Assembly: GCA_017475605.1 (NCBI GenBank)
Contig: JAFVFD010000003.1
Span: 1-15,063 of the forward strand
Reading direction: 5' to 3'
DNA: 15,063 bases
Source of the DNA: Alphaproteobacteria bacterium
GTDB taxonomy: Bacteria; Pseudomonadota; Alphaproteobacteria; Rs-D84
The stretch's first letter is position 1. Each line of letters begins with the position of its first letter. Below, one piece after another: positions 14,542-15,063 of this stretch. The notes beneath the pieces were generated by a model. The model had not been told where the DNA came from, made no database searches, and saw nothing but the letters and a program-made list of their open reading frames with translations. The translations under genes and the position numbers were made by a program.

Positions 14542-14791
14542 ACCCTAACCCCGATTGTATAAAAATTAAACCGCCAACAGAAATTGACGGTCGGGGAGTT
14601 GATAAAACATACAAAGTGATGCTCCTGTGGGTTTTAAGATATATCTTTGAACATAACCACAGCCCCCCGACCAATAGATCGGGGATGAATACAGTGCAAA
14701 AAGCACCGAAACATCGGATTACGATGCTTTCGCACCGACTTTGTAAAGGCTTATCACGGCCCGAACCCAATTCCCATTGGATTCAATTCAA
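14542..14791 (-). promoter_or_regulatory. Long structured 5' leader of the methyltransferase/nuclease operon
   Basis: No credible ORF. On the minus-strand RNA there are four complementary segments: CCCCGA, UCGGGGGG, CCCCGA and UCGGGG. There is also a 6-bp clamp hairpin (14625..14630 with 14657..14662) around a 12-nt palindrome, and a hairpin plus U5. The last UCGGGG covers the only Shine-Dalgarno-like G-run, 7 nt before the ATG. Confidence 0.45.
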
Positions 14792-14800
14792 ATTATAACA
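14792..14800 (-). promoter_or_regulatory. Extended -10 promoter candidate (TGTTATAAT) for the methyltransferase operon or leader RNA
   Basis: The minus strand reads TG-T-TATAAT (plus strand attataaca at 14792..14800). The TTGATT upstream is only 9 nt away, so it is not a usable -35. The extended -10 would have to suffice alone. Confidence 0.4.
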
Positions 14801-14895
14801 CAGAAAAATCAAAAGGGAATTGTTTTGTTTGGTGTTGCTACCCCGTCTTGCTGCGCTGCGCTTGCAATCCACCCCTTCGCATGGCAAAGGGGAAT

Positions 14896-14922
14896 AAAAA
14901 AACGCCGCCGTTGCCGGCGGTG
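14896..14922 (-). terminator. Strong hairpin terminator, best on the minus strand
   Basis: ccgccg/cggcgg: a 6-bp GC stem (14905..14910 with 14915..14920) with a 4-nt loop, extended by two more pairs. It is followed on the minus strand by T7, but only by TGTTTT on the plus strand. Confidence 0.78.
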
Positions 14923-15045
14923 TTTTCCGAATGCTCTTGAAAGGAAGGAAAGGAGAAAAAGAAATAGAGCATTCTTAACTTTCAGGTGGGGCCCAGAGCT
15001 CAGAGGAGAGAGAATGTAGGAGGGAGTCTGAATCCCTGAACCCCA
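14896..15045 (-). ncRNA. Candidate small RNA rich in C and U (5' end undefined, may start beyond the window)
   Basis: The minus strand carries a 5-bp hairpin (15021..15037), then the CU-rich stretch CUCCCUCCUACAUUCUCUCUCCUCUG. A perfect 9-bp stem (14929..14937 with 14966..14974) follows, enclosing a 28-nt loop AUUUCUUUUUCUCCUUUCCUUCCUUUCA. The terminator comes last. No promoter is visible inside the window. Confidence 0.3.
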
Positions 15046-15063
15046 TATGGTCATCGGGTTTAA

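Noticed and set aside
14495-14770. 91-aa minus-strand ORF as a possible controller (C) protein of the restriction-modification-like operon
   Set aside because: It overlaps the methyltransferase start out of frame. It has no Shine-Dalgarno element and no helix-turn-helix-like pattern. It is built from the G/C-rich repeat segments that are better explained as RNA structure.
14777-15054. 80-aa (plus strand) and 81-aa (minus strand) ORFs in the right-end intergenic region
   Set aside because: Both read through the strong GC terminator hairpin at 14896..14922 and through the 9-bp inverted repeat. Their translations are low-complexity (RRRCRRC, LFLFLLSFLS) and neither has a Shine-Dalgarno element.
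14975-15063. tRNA-like or tmRNA-like element (minus strand GGGGUUC-AGGGAUUCAGAC resembles the tmRNA 5' end GGGGCUG...GGAUUCGAC; plus strand has a T-arm-like AGGGA-GUCUGAA-UCCCU followed by GAACCCCA)
   Set aside because: There is no anticodon arm. I found no separate 3' acceptor strand GAACCCC plus ACCA anywhere downstream on the minus strand. There is no tag reading frame ending in the usual ...AA-stop. The GGAUUC segment is locked in a perfect local hairpin, unlike tmRNA. The resemblance is too short to support a call, but an Rfam scan would settle it.
1-15063. CRISPR arrays, rRNA genes, insertion sequences
   Set aside because: There are no regularly spaced direct repeats, no rRNA-like conserved stretches, and no transposase-like ORF or terminal inverted repeats on either strand.

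Overview
The window holds about 15 genes on both strands, and gene content suggests an alphaproteobacterial chromosome (inference only). Recognisable housekeeping genes are gap, miaA, priA, an LpxI-type lipid A enzyme and a RumA/TrmA-type RNA methyltransferase. There are also two minus-strand tRNA genes (Glu-UUC, Asp-GUC) with near-consensus promoters, two tandem paralogous beta-barrel outer membrane proteins, two lipoproteins and several hairpin/T-tract terminators. One lipoprotein is a trigger-factor-like FKBP domain. Three parts look accessory. (1) The right end (12279..15063) carries a tightly coupled operon: an AT-rich EcoRI-family N6-adenine DNA methyltransferase followed 1 nt later by a DUF262 (ParB-like, DGQQR) plus HNH nuclease fusion. 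A roughly 245-nt structured leader precedes it, with four mutually complementary CCCCGA/UCGGGG segments, the last covering the methyltransferase ribosome-binding region. Upstream of that lies a terminator-capped RNA candidate rich in C and U. I consider this the best candidate for an undescribed restriction-modification-like defence module. (2) A VirB11-type secretion ATPase (6891..7868) sits with a 94-aa partner ORF and no other type IV secretion genes in the window. (3) The left end (1..467) holds scrambled copies of the tRNA-Glu 3' end, and an unrecognised coiled-coil ORF lies between the two tRNA genes. No rRNA, CRISPR array, transposase or integrase is visible. All functional calls rest on motifs I recognised by eye in the supplied translations; no database search was possible.
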